From the IMG/VR virus record IMGVR_UViG_3300022915_000004, positions 1 through 41,203 of that record: a stretch of 41,203 nucleotides of DNA; one strand, written 5' to 3'. The notes under the pieces were generated by a model, which saw only the letters and a list, made by a program, of their open reading frames with translations, was not told the DNA's origin and searched no databases. Shown here piece after piece: positions 24,918 to 33,649 of the stretch. A program made the translations under genes and the position numbers. How positions within the stretch are numbered: position 1 is the first letter of the stretch; every line of letters begins with the position of its first letter. Source of the stretch: a virus. Its lineage: Duplodnaviria > Caudoviricetes.

Positions 24918-27421
24918 TGGCATTACGTTTTCAATTCATTAACGAATTTTTAGGACCACTCACAATAAAAGAAGCGGACCCTATAGGTATTAATGAAATG
25001 ACACAAACCGTAAAACGTAGTACAGATAACGAAGGAGTTATTTATGAAATTATTTTTGACATTGATTTTATTAAGGAAGCACGAAGTTATTTAAAACAGG
25101 CATTTGAAAATCACGGTGGTATTGATGCAGAAGTTTTAGTAAACGTTTATGAATGGGACCCTAACTTAAGAAAATGGCAATTGTACGCAAACGGAAAAGT
25201 AAATTATAATAAATATGATTTGTATGAAGATAAATTAACCGTCAACATTGAACAGGTAGGATTTCAAAGAAGGATTTTAAATTTACTTGATACTGATGTT
25301 GATGTTGAAACTATCATAAGTGAAAATGGTTCAGCCTTACCACCTATACAAACACAAAATGTTCCTTATCATAGTAAAACAATTTTTAAAAAATCTTCAG
25401 CAGGTCCACAAGATAGTAACGAAGCACCATTTTTTGATGCAATTGTTTTTAACATTCCTATGGACACCATTCCACTAGATTGTTTTCCTGTTCCAGGTCC
25501 TTTGTGTTTGATATGGTTAGAAGATCACCCTGATGGAGAAACACACGACATTGATAAAGATGCTGTAGTGGTTGGAAGTATGGATACAAATAAGGCTACC
25601 TATGAAGAACTAACAGATTTTTTTAAAGTTGGTTTTTCATATCCACAACTTGAACCAGGCATGGGTGGAGGTTCAAAAACAACTGCTGAATATATCACTT
25701 ACTTAACAGCACATAAAGATGAACGCTTTGAAGTATACCGTGCAACTGAAGCAGGAACATTAAAGGCTTCTATTTCTATAAATATTAGACACCATGTAGA
25801 TGTCGAAGCCATAGGTGGTGATGTTGATGTATGCGATGGTGAAGGTATTATGGCAAACGTTGATATTTTATATTGGTTTGAAGTCCGTGATAAAAACGAT
25901 AACATTTTAATTCTGGAAAATATTATCCGTGCACCAACATTGCCTTGTGGTACACAAGATTTTCCTTATGTGCAAGCGGTGTATAATAAGGAAAATATAA
26001 ATATAGAAATAGGACATAAAGTTTATGTATATCATACCGTTCGCATTTGGGGTTCTTATAATAGACCCGGTGGTTTAGAAGATGGTGAAGTACATCATAA
26101 TTTAATTTTACAGGCTTCACCTCCTGAATGGAGTGAAAAAAATACACATGGTATTGGTGATCGTGTTATTTATGCAGGCAGTGTTTGGTCCAGCTCAATA
26201 GATGAAAATATTGGACACGTTCCAGCAGCAGGTGATTATTGGGAGTTAGAAGCAGCTTGGTCAGGACAAACAACAGCAACAAATATATCTTTAGAAAGTG
26301 CAACAGTATCACCCGTTACAACAGCAAAAACAATTTTACTGTATGATATTTTCCAACAGTGTTGCAGATACTTAACAAATCAAATTGATTGTTTCAAAAG
26401 TGATTTACTTGGAAGAACTGAATTAGGTTATGCAGTCGATGGTGAAGGTGCATTAATCGGATGGACGAACGGCGGAAATTTACGTGCACTACCTGATAAA
26501 AAAATATTTGCCAACTTAAAAGAGTTAATAGATTTTACTGATTCAGTTTTTTGTGTTGGCTTTGGTTTTGAAATAGAAGGAGGTCGAAATATTTTAAGAC
26601 TTGAAAGAAGAAGTTTTTTTTATAATAAAAATACTCCTACCCTATCCATTGGAAAAGTCTATGGAATAAAAAAACGTCTTAATCAAAAAATGTTTTATAA
26701 GGAAATAGAATATGGCTATCAGGGAAAATTAGACATTGGAAAAGTAAATGCAGTCGATGAATTCAATACTTTACGCCGTGCGGCAATTCCAATCATCAAC
26801 ACAAAGAACAAATATAAAATTTCTGTTAAGACACGAACAAGCGGTTATCAAATAGAATTTCAAAGACGTTTACAATTTTCTACTGCTGATAGTAAACTAG
26901 ATGATGAAAATTTTGCTATCTGTTTAATTCGTGATGCTTCTCTTGGTGCAGGATTAAGAACAAAACAAGATGAAGGATATGCTTCTATAATTAATGTAAT
27001 TGATCCACATACCGGATATAATTATGATATAGCACCTGCAAGATGTTTAAAAAATTGGTATCCATTTATTGCAAGTATGTTGATCAGAAGCGAAAACAAG
27101 AAAGTAAAATTTTCTTATGGTGAGGTTAATTATGTTATGGCTTCTAAAAAAGTTGGTGAAGCTGATTATCTACATGAAGATGGTGAATATGATTTAAGCA
27201 GCATTGAACCATTGTTTGAACCGTTTATGTATGAGTTTAAAAAAGAATTACGCCGTGATGGATTTCAGTTAATAAAAAATCTTCCCTATGGTGTAATAGA
27301 TTTTGAAGATCAGTTTGGAAATAAATATGAAGGGTTCATTTCTGACAAAGGAGTTGAACACGATTCATTTAAAAATATGGGTGATTTTGAATTGTTACAC
27401 GTTCATAGAAAAACTATTTGA
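24917..27421 (+). CDS. Tail tip/hub structural protein with CBM5/12-like insert
   Basis: 834 aa after tape measure; insert at about 26129-26242. Confidence 0.7.
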   Translation: MALRFQFINEFLGPLTIKEADPIGINEMTQTVKRSTDNEGVIYEIIFDIDFIKEARSYLKQAFENHGGIDAEVLVNVYEWDPNLRKWQLYANGKVNYNKYDLYEDKLTVNIEQVGFQRRILNLLDTDVDVETIISENGSALPPIQTQNVPYHSKTIFKKSSAGPQDSNEAPFFDAIVFNIPMDTIPLDCFPVPGPLCLIWLEDHPDGETHDIDKDAVVVGSMDTNKATYEELTDFFKVGFSYPQLEPGMGGGSKTTAEYITYLTAHKDERFEVYRATEAGTLKASISINIRHHVDVEAIGGDVDVCDGEGIMANVDILYWFEVRDKNDNILILENIIRAPTLPCGTQDFPYVQAVYNKENINIEIGHKVYVYHTVRIWGSYNRPGGLEDGEVHHNLILQASPPEWSEKNTHGIGDRVIYAGSVWSSSIDENIGHVPAAGDYWELEAAWSGQTTATNISLESATVSPVTTAKTILLYDIFQQCCRYLTNQIDCFKSDLLGRTELGYAVDGEGALIGWTNGGNLRALPDKKIFANLKELIDFTDSVFCVGFGFEIEGGRNILRLERRSFFYNKNTPTLSIGKVYGIKKRLNQKMFYKEIEYGYQGKLDIGKVNAVDEFNTLRRAAIPIINTKNKYKISVKTRTSGYQIEFQRRLQFSTADSKLDDENFAICLIRDASLGAGLRTKQDEGYASIINVIDPHTGYNYDIAPARCLKNWYPFIASMLIRSENKKVKFSYGEVNYVMASKKVGEADYLHEDGEYDLSSIEPLFEPFMYEFKKELRRDGFQLIKNLPYGVIDFEDQFGNKYEGFISDKGVEHDSFKNMGDFELLHVHRKTI

Positions 27422-27423
27422 AT

Positions 27424-29634
27424 ATGGCATGGATAGTTACAAACCCTACCTTCTGGACAAAGTTTGATGCAGGAACTTTTGAAGGTTCAGATATTGGTGA
27501 TGTATCAGCAGGTGTTGTTGATGGACATGCACAATACGGATTTTCTTCAGCACAAAAACACGATGGTACAAAAAGTTTTCTTGCTAATCTTTTAGATAGT
27601 CCTTCTTACACTTTTTCAGGTGATTACGCTAAACGTTCATTAGTAAGATTTAGACCCGGTGGTGGATTTGTAGCAGGGAGAAGGTATACATTTAATGGAT
27701 GGGTTTACTTTGGCAATCGTGGGCATGCAGTAGTGGATAAAAATGTTTATCTGAAAGTTAAATATGCAACAACTGCTTTTCCTGATGTGTCTGGAATTCC
27801 AAACAGGGATTGCATAATAGATTCTGATACTATAGGTTTTTGGATACCGTTCACATATCAATTCATTGCACCATCAACATCAACGGCTTCTAATTCGTGG
27901 TTAGCTTTTGTTCTTGATTGGAAAAAAAGTGATTATGTTTCTTCTCCTGTAGAAGATATGCAAATATTTTTTGATGGCTTCACCGCTATAGAAGAAAGTA
28001 ATACACCACCACCTGCAATTAATATTACTGGAATTATAACAAATGTTTCATCACATGGTGCAAACAATGGTTCAATAGATGCAAGCGTATCAGGTGGAGT
28101 AGGACCATTTACATACTCATGGAATACAGGCGCAACAACACAAGATATTTTTGGTCTTATACCCGGGACCTATACCGTTATCGTAACTGATACCGTAGGC
28201 GGTGCAGTTAAAAGTCAATCCTTTAATGTTACTGAACCCGCTGTAATGGTGGCATCGTACACAAAAACAGATGTAACAGCAGATGGTGAAAGTGATGGAA
28301 CAATAAATTTAATAGTAACAGGTGGATCAGGTAACAGAACATATTTGTGGAGTGATGGACCAACAACGCAAAATAGAAGCGGATTAATAGCAGGAATTTA
28401 TACAGTACTTATTCACGATGTAAGTACAGCAGAAGAAATTTTTTTATCAATTGAAATTACTGAACCTGCACCAACAGTAACAGCAGGAACATTTTTAAAC
28501 GTTCCTACTATGAATTCAATTCACTTTGTGGTACAGGAAAATATTAATCAATGTGATAACCCACAAGGTTTGGATAATGTTTTACTATGTGAACAAGTGC
28601 ATGAAGGATTTGATACAGTAAATTATTTTCAACCATTTAATATTTGTGATATAGTACCAACACAATTCAATTCTGATTATTCAACATTTACAATTGAATT
28701 AAGAAATTATGTTACTCATACACTTATTAAAACTTTTGCATTCGAACTTAAAGAACAGAACATAGGAGTAACAGAAGATTTTGGAATTTCAATTAGATCA
28801 CACACCACTACAGGACAAAGCAGGGTTTATTTTAATGTTGGTGCATTACCTATTCCTTTGAGCATTGGTGATGTATTTCAAATTGTAAATAATGTTAATG
28901 GATACAATGGTAACTATAGCATAGTTGATATTATCAATGATCCAACTTTAGGCTATCAATATTTAGTGATCACAAAAAATTATACAGGACCAGGCACATC
29001 ACAAACGGGAGTAGGAAGATTTGATACTTCAGAAGTAAATTTTAATGTGTTTGAATCTGTACATAATTTTAATGATGTACCTGAAGGACAATATTATATC
29101 AGGATCAGAGCATTTGACACGGAAGAAGGAATAAATTTTAAGGAAGCAATCAGTGAACCGCTTGATATACGCAACACACACCCGGGAACAAATCAAATCA
29201 AATATAAAAATATTGATAACGCTTTCGATATAACATGGACTACAGGATACCAAGGTATGATACGGGTGCCATCACATTTCGGGCATAGAAGAAGTCCCGG
29301 TGGTGAACGATCAACAAACAGAAACAGTGATTTCAGTTTAGTAAAAGTAGCAGCAAAAAAAACACGTGTTCTTTTATTTCAGGTGTGGTCCTTACCTCCT
29401 TACATGCATGAAAAATTAGGGACCTTATTTGATTGTGATACCTACTCAATTAATAATATAGAATGTCAAACAACAGAAGGTTATGGAGAACCGGAATATA
29501 AAGAAAGATTTTTACTTGCTGATTCATCAATCAAGTTAGAAGCTAAATGGTATGATAGATACAATAGTGATGATCTTGGAAGTGTTGGTGAGGGTGGTTT
29601 TATAATGACAGAAACAGGATTTTTAAAACGTTAA
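27424..29634 (+). CDS. Tail structural protein with a galactose-binding-like domain and two SprB repeats
   Basis: GSIDASVSGGVGPFTYSWNTGATTQDIFGLIPGTYTVIVTD and GTINLIVTGGSGNRTYLWSDGPTTQNRSGLIAGIYTVLIHD. Confidence 0.8.
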   Translation: MAWIVTNPTFWTKFDAGTFEGSDIGDVSAGVVDGHAQYGFSSAQKHDGTKSFLANLLDSPSYTFSGDYAKRSLVRFRPGGGFVAGRRYTFNGWVYFGNRGHAVVDKNVYLKVKYATTAFPDVSGIPNRDCIIDSDTIGFWIPFTYQFIAPSTSTASNSWLAFVLDWKKSDYVSSPVEDMQIFFDGFTAIEESNTPPPAINITGIITNVSSHGANNGSIDASVSGGVGPFTYSWNTGATTQDIFGLIPGTYTVIVTDTVGGAVKSQSFNVTEPAVMVASYTKTDVTADGESDGTINLIVTGGSGNRTYLWSDGPTTQNRSGLIAGIYTVLIHDVSTAEEIFLSIEITEPAPTVTAGTFLNVPTMNSIHFVVQENINQCDNPQGLDNVLLCEQVHEGFDTVNYFQPFNICDIVPTQFNSDYSTFTIELRNYVTHTLIKTFAFELKEQNIGVTEDFGISIRSHTTTGQSRVYFNVGALPIPLSIGDVFQIVNNVNGYNGNYSIVDIINDPTLGYQYLVITKNYTGPGTSQTGVGRFDTSEVNFNVFESVHNFNDVPEGQYYIRIRAFDTEEGINFKEAISEPLDIRNTHPGTNQIKYKNIDNAFDITWTTGYQGMIRVPSHFGHRRSPGGERSTNRNSDFSLVKVAAKKTRVLLFQVWSLPPYMHEKLGTLFDCDTYSINNIECQTTEGYGEPEYKERFLLADSSIKLEAKWYDRYNSDDLGSVGEGGFIMTETGFLKR

Positions 29635-29640
29635 AATATT

Positions 29641-32052
29641 ATGGCAGAAGAGTTAAGCAATGCCCGAATAGATCAACTTCCACCATGTGCAGAGTTAAAG
29701 CCTGGATATTTTGGAGTAGTTAGAAATATGGATAATAGTGTAACAGAAAGATTTGATTTTTCTGAACTACTAACATCAACTACATCAGGAAATTTTGAAT
29801 GGATAACTGATTATGCGTATACTGATGGTGAAGTTGTAACGTGGCAAGGTGAATGGTATCAGGCGAACGGTGATATAGAAGAAAATATTGTTCCCGGAAC
29901 TGATCCTGCATGGGAAGTCATTAGTAAATCACCATCAGGTTTTACTTTTTGGCAGGCAGGAGTTTACACACAAGATGATGTTTTTGTTTTGTATAAAATG
30001 TCTCCTGATCCTGATGCACCTGACATACAAATTTTTTGGTTAAAAAATACAACACGACCTTTTGCATCGGTTAATTTTTTAACAGAATTAGATGCAGGTG
30101 ATTGGGTAATGATTTCCGGTGGTGGTGAAGGTGGTGGTGAAGGTGGTGGTTCAGGAATAATAGAACGTGCATGGAAATTTGTTGCTAATACTTCACCGGC
30201 TGATCCCGGCAATGGATTTTTTAGAATGAATAATACTGATGTTACTTTAGTAACTGAATTATATTTTGCAGAAGTAGCAGCGGCAAGTTTTGATGCAGCC
30301 GCTTTGTTTGGAGTTTTGGAAGTTGGTAACAGAATAGTAGCACAACAAAGAAATGATTCAACAAGAATTATAGTTTTTGAAATTGCAGCGGCACCGGTTG
30401 ATAATGGAAGTTGGTGGACTATAGGAGTTAATGTTGTTGATAGCGGTGGTTTATTATTTGTAGCAAGTGCAGAAGTTACATTTTTATTTGACCTTAGTAG
30501 ACCTGCAACAACAATACCGAATGCAAGTGAAACAGTAAAAGGTATAATTGAAATTGCAACACAAGCAGAAACTAACACGGGGACAGATGATACAACAGCA
30601 ATCACACCTTTAAAATTATCTGTTTGGCCTGGAAAACAAGGGTTAGGGTTAAGTGTTTTGGGTGTTACTGGAAACGTAACAGCAAATCAAGCAAGTATTG
30701 TAGGAATAGCTGACCAAGTTTTAAGGGTTAATGGTGCAGGGACTTCATTAGGTTTTGGCGCAATTGACTTGAGTAAAGCTGCAACAGTTGGTAGTTCTAT
30801 TCTATCAATCGCTAATGGCGGAACAGGAAGTGCAACTTTTACAGGATGGAAAACAACGGGTGCTTCGGCTATTACAAATCCAACCATCACGGGTGCATGG
30901 ACTAACGTAACGGCAGGAATCACCTATGATTATGCTGGCAACGGAATGAATGTATCACAAAATGGTGCTAACACAAGTGTTGCGTTAACACTTAATGCAA
31001 ATGTTTCTCAGGTAAGAGTAGCGGATCAAACAGGTACTTTAAAAGGTAGATTAATATACAACGGCTATGTTGGTTTAGAATCACTTGATACAACAATGCC
31101 TGTTAGAATTGCTATACCTGTTGTTAGTGCAGCTTCAGGGGCATTTGTGATTATGAATATTAAAGATGCCGGTACCGCTTTTAATCCATCATCGGGCACC
31201 GCTTCATTCACATCATTTTTAATTAATCCAAATTATAGTGTAACAGGTGGAACGACTATGGTGATAGGAATAGATTACAATCCGGGATTAATTACAATGA
31301 CAGGGGCAACACACTATGCAGCCATTTTTCGTTCGGGAATAGTAGGAATAGGTAATGCGACACCGGGATACTGTTTAGATATAAAAGCACAACCAGGCGT
31401 TTTAGCTTTATTAAGACTACAAACAACAGTAGGCACAGATATTTTAAAAATTGATACCGGTGGCGAATTACGTTTTGGTGCTGGTTCAGCACCTTACATT
31501 GCACCCGCTATTGCTGGCAGCGTGTCAACTGCTGGCACAGGATTTAGATTTCTTGCAGGGTCAGGTGCGATGTTATTTACTACCGATCCAAGTACTTCAA
31601 ATAATACAATGTATATTTTTGGTACTTCTGGGCAAACTACCAAAACGATTGGCCCGTCAGGTGGTGGTACTTTCTTCGTTGTAAATCCTCCTATCAATAA
31701 TATTAACTCGACTTTATCCACAACTAACTATTCAATTTTTTCTGTTAACCCTGCTTATAATTTTACAGGAGGAACAACTGTAATTACTGGCATTGATTAT
31801 AACCCGACATTAACAGCAGTAGTTGGCGCAACGCACAATGCCGCACTATTCAGAAGTGGACTTGTTGGTATAGGTGTTGGAACAAGTCCAACAGCACTAT
31901 TGGATATTGGTGCTTCAGATGCAACAAAGTCATCATTTAGAATTCGTTCAGGTGTCGCACCTACAGCACCTAATGATGGTGAAATTTGGTTTGATAATAC
32001 AAACCTTTATATCCGAATAGCAGGAACAACAAAAACGTTTAATCTAACATAA
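29641..32052 (+). CDS. Tail fibre / receptor-binding protein
   Basis: CBM-like module, T4-fibre-like repeat ASETVKGIIEIATQAETNTGTDDTTAITP, Gly/Thr-rich repeats, VGIG-T-P motifs, C-terminal APTAPNDGEIWFD. Confidence 0.85.
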   Translation: MAEELSNARIDQLPPCAELKPGYFGVVRNMDNSVTERFDFSELLTSTTSGNFEWITDYAYTDGEVVTWQGEWYQANGDIEENIVPGTDPAWEVISKSPSGFTFWQAGVYTQDDVFVLYKMSPDPDAPDIQIFWLKNTTRPFASVNFLTELDAGDWVMISGGGEGGGEGGGSGIIERAWKFVANTSPADPGNGFFRMNNTDVTLVTELYFAEVAAASFDAAALFGVLEVGNRIVAQQRNDSTRIIVFEIAAAPVDNGSWWTIGVNVVDSGGLLFVASAEVTFLFDLSRPATTIPNASETVKGIIEIATQAETNTGTDDTTAITPLKLSVWPGKQGLGLSVLGVTGNVTANQASIVGIADQVLRVNGAGTSLGFGAIDLSKAATVGSSILSIANGGTGSATFTGWKTTGASAITNPTITGAWTNVTAGITYDYAGNGMNVSQNGANTSVALTLNANVSQVRVADQTGTLKGRLIYNGYVGLESLDTTMPVRIAIPVVSAASGAFVIMNIKDAGTAFNPSSGTASFTSFLINPNYSVTGGTTMVIGIDYNPGLITMTGATHYAAIFRSGIVGIGNATPGYCLDIKAQPGVLALLRLQTTVGTDILKIDTGGELRFGAGSAPYIAPAIAGSVSTAGTGFRFLAGSGAMLFTTDPSTSNNTMYIFGTSGQTTKTIGPSGGGTFFVVNPPINNINSTLSTTNYSIFSVNPAYNFTGGTTVITGIDYNPTLTAVVGATHNAALFRSGLVGIGVGTSPTALLDIGASDATKSSFRIRSGVAPTAPNDGEIWFDNTNLYIRIAGTTKTFNLT

Positions 32053-32064
32053 AACAAAAAAATT

Positions 32065-32451
32065 ATGGCAATGCGAGTATTAACTGACCAAGAGCGCCAA
32101 TCATTATTGGAAAGTCAAGAATTTGAAAAAAAATGTAAATGGGCAACACGTGATTATGCAGCATTTTGGGCTGTTAATGACGGATCATTAGCAGCAACAG
32201 AAGAAGAAAGAATTAAATGGGGTAAAGACAGAATATTAGGCGTGGGAATTTTACTTTATGATATTACTGATCAATTTATAGCAATAAGATTTTTAAATGC
32301 ATCCAAAGGAAAACAATTTGATCTTGAAGCGGCACCACAGCCTGTAGAAGTTTTGATTGCTGCATGGGTTTCTTCAAATTCATTTGAAGAGTTCGTAACA
32401 CAATACTTTGATATACTTGGTGAGAATATAAACTTTAGTATAGGTAATTAA
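32065..32451 (+). CDS. Hypothetical protein, post-fibre
   Basis: 128-aa ORF in late operon. Confidence 0.7.
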   Translation: MAMRVLTDQERQSLLESQEFEKKCKWATRDYAAFWAVNDGSLAATEEERIKWGKDRILGVGILLYDITDQFIAIRFLNASKGKQFDLEAAPQPVEVLIAAWVSSNSFEEFVTQYFDILGENINFSIGN

Positions 32452-32453
32452 AA

Positions 32454-32855
32454 ATGAAATTTACTGAATCAATAGAACTTTCTCAGGCTACAAGTCATGC
32501 AGCCTTAAAGGGCAAACATTTAAGCAGCAGTAATTTTTTTGACCTGTTAGCACTTAAGAAAAAATTAAAAGATCACTTCGAAATAATTATCGAAGCTGAA
32601 AAAGAACTTGCAAAAGAATACGGTGCAAAAGAAGTATCTAACAATTGGACAATACAAGATTCAACTGGAAAGAAAGATGATAAAGCGCATTTAGACTTCG
32701 ATAAAAAGCTTAAAGAAATTCATAAGGATTTTATCCCGGATGAATACCATGTAAAATTAAATTTCATTGATCATGAAGAGTTTAAAAAATGGACAGACGA
32801 GGTAGAACTTGCATATTCTGCAATTCTATACGATCATCTTGCAAAGAAGGAATAA
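32454..32855 (+). CDS. Helical post-fibre protein, possible fibre chaperone
   Basis: IEAEKELAKEYG...FDKKLKEI pattern and position. Confidence 0.55.
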   Translation: MKFTESIELSQATSHAALKGKHLSSSNFFDLLALKKKLKDHFEIIIEAEKELAKEYGAKEVSNNWTIQDSTGKKDDKAHLDFDKKLKEIHKDFIPDEYHVKLNFIDHEEFKKWTDEVELAYSAILYDHLAKKE

Positions 32856-32893
32856 GACAAAAAATAAATTATGATTTCAAAATAAAAAAAGAT

Positions 32894-33649
32894 ATGGAAG
32901 CAATAGAAGGTGAATGTGGTGCAATGAAATTATACAAATATGTTGGAGGTCAAAACGCTTTAATTTCATTTCATGGTTTGAATGGTGAGTATAATGATAG
33001 TGCAACAATCTGTTATGATATTGAAAGGGGCAATGGTGTTGACTTAAATATTTTTACAGTGTATGCAGCACAATTGAATTCAGGTGATGAAGATTGGAGT
33101 AAAAATGATATTTGTGATGTGTTCAAAGCAGTAAAAAATGATGGCTTCACTTCTGTAGATATTACCGGTGTTTCATTGGGAGGTATGGCAGCTATCCGGG
33201 CAATGGCTTTCAATGATGATCCCGACCATGAAGCGAGCTGGCCTCACTTAGAAATAAAAACTTGTGGAATTGTTTGTGGTAAAGATGATAGAAAAACTTA
33301 TGAATCATTTGCCAAAGTAAAAATAAAATGTTGGCATGGAACAGAGGACCCAACAATGCCTTATTCAGGTATTGAAAATATGGTTTATGAAACTGCTAAA
33401 GTAGGTGGTGATATAGAATTAATTTCTTTGGAAGGAATTACACATGGTGCGTGGGCTTATGCTTATGACAAAACATTAGAAGATAATTATTATGCATGGA
33501 TAACAAGTTTTTATACTAATCAACCAGAACCACCACAACCAGAAGTAGAAGATGCAGTATTAACTTTTGTTGTAGTCAATGGCAAAGGGAAAATTGAAAC
33601 AGAAAGCGGTGAAGTTTATGAAGTACCATTAACCAAAATTGAAACATGA
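32894..33649 (+). CDS. Alpha/beta hydrolase (esterase/phospholipase/peptidase-like)
   Basis: ISFHG oxyanion motif, GVSLGG nucleophile elbow, WHGTEDP Asp, GITHGAW His; start reassigned from 32789. Confidence 0.85.
   Translation: MEAIEGECGAMKLYKYVGGQNALISFHGLNGEYNDSATICYDIERGNGVDLNIFTVYAAQLNSGDEDWSKNDICDVFKAVKNDGFTSVDITGVSLGGMAAIRAMAFNDDPDHEASWPHLEIKTCGIVCGKDDRKTYESFAKVKIKCWHGTEDPTMPYSGIENMVYETAKVGGDIELISLEGITHGAWAYAYDKTLEDNYYAWITSFYTNQPEPPQPEVEDAVLTFVVVNGKGKIETESGEVYEVPLTKIET

Noticed and set aside
30118-30150. GGTGGTGAA tandem repeat as a contingency locus
   Set aside because: In-frame Gly-rich linker (GGGEGGGEGGG); ordinary
3538-31721. Numerous antisense ORFs in the track (for example 3538..3972+, 15662..16042-, 22388..22942-, 29964..30605-)
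   Set aside because: Shadow frames opposite well-supported genes, with no independent motifs
31219-31875. Diversity-generating retroelement TR/VR pair
   Set aside because: No reverse transcriptase in the genome; differences are not adenine-specific and both copies are in-frame protein repeats
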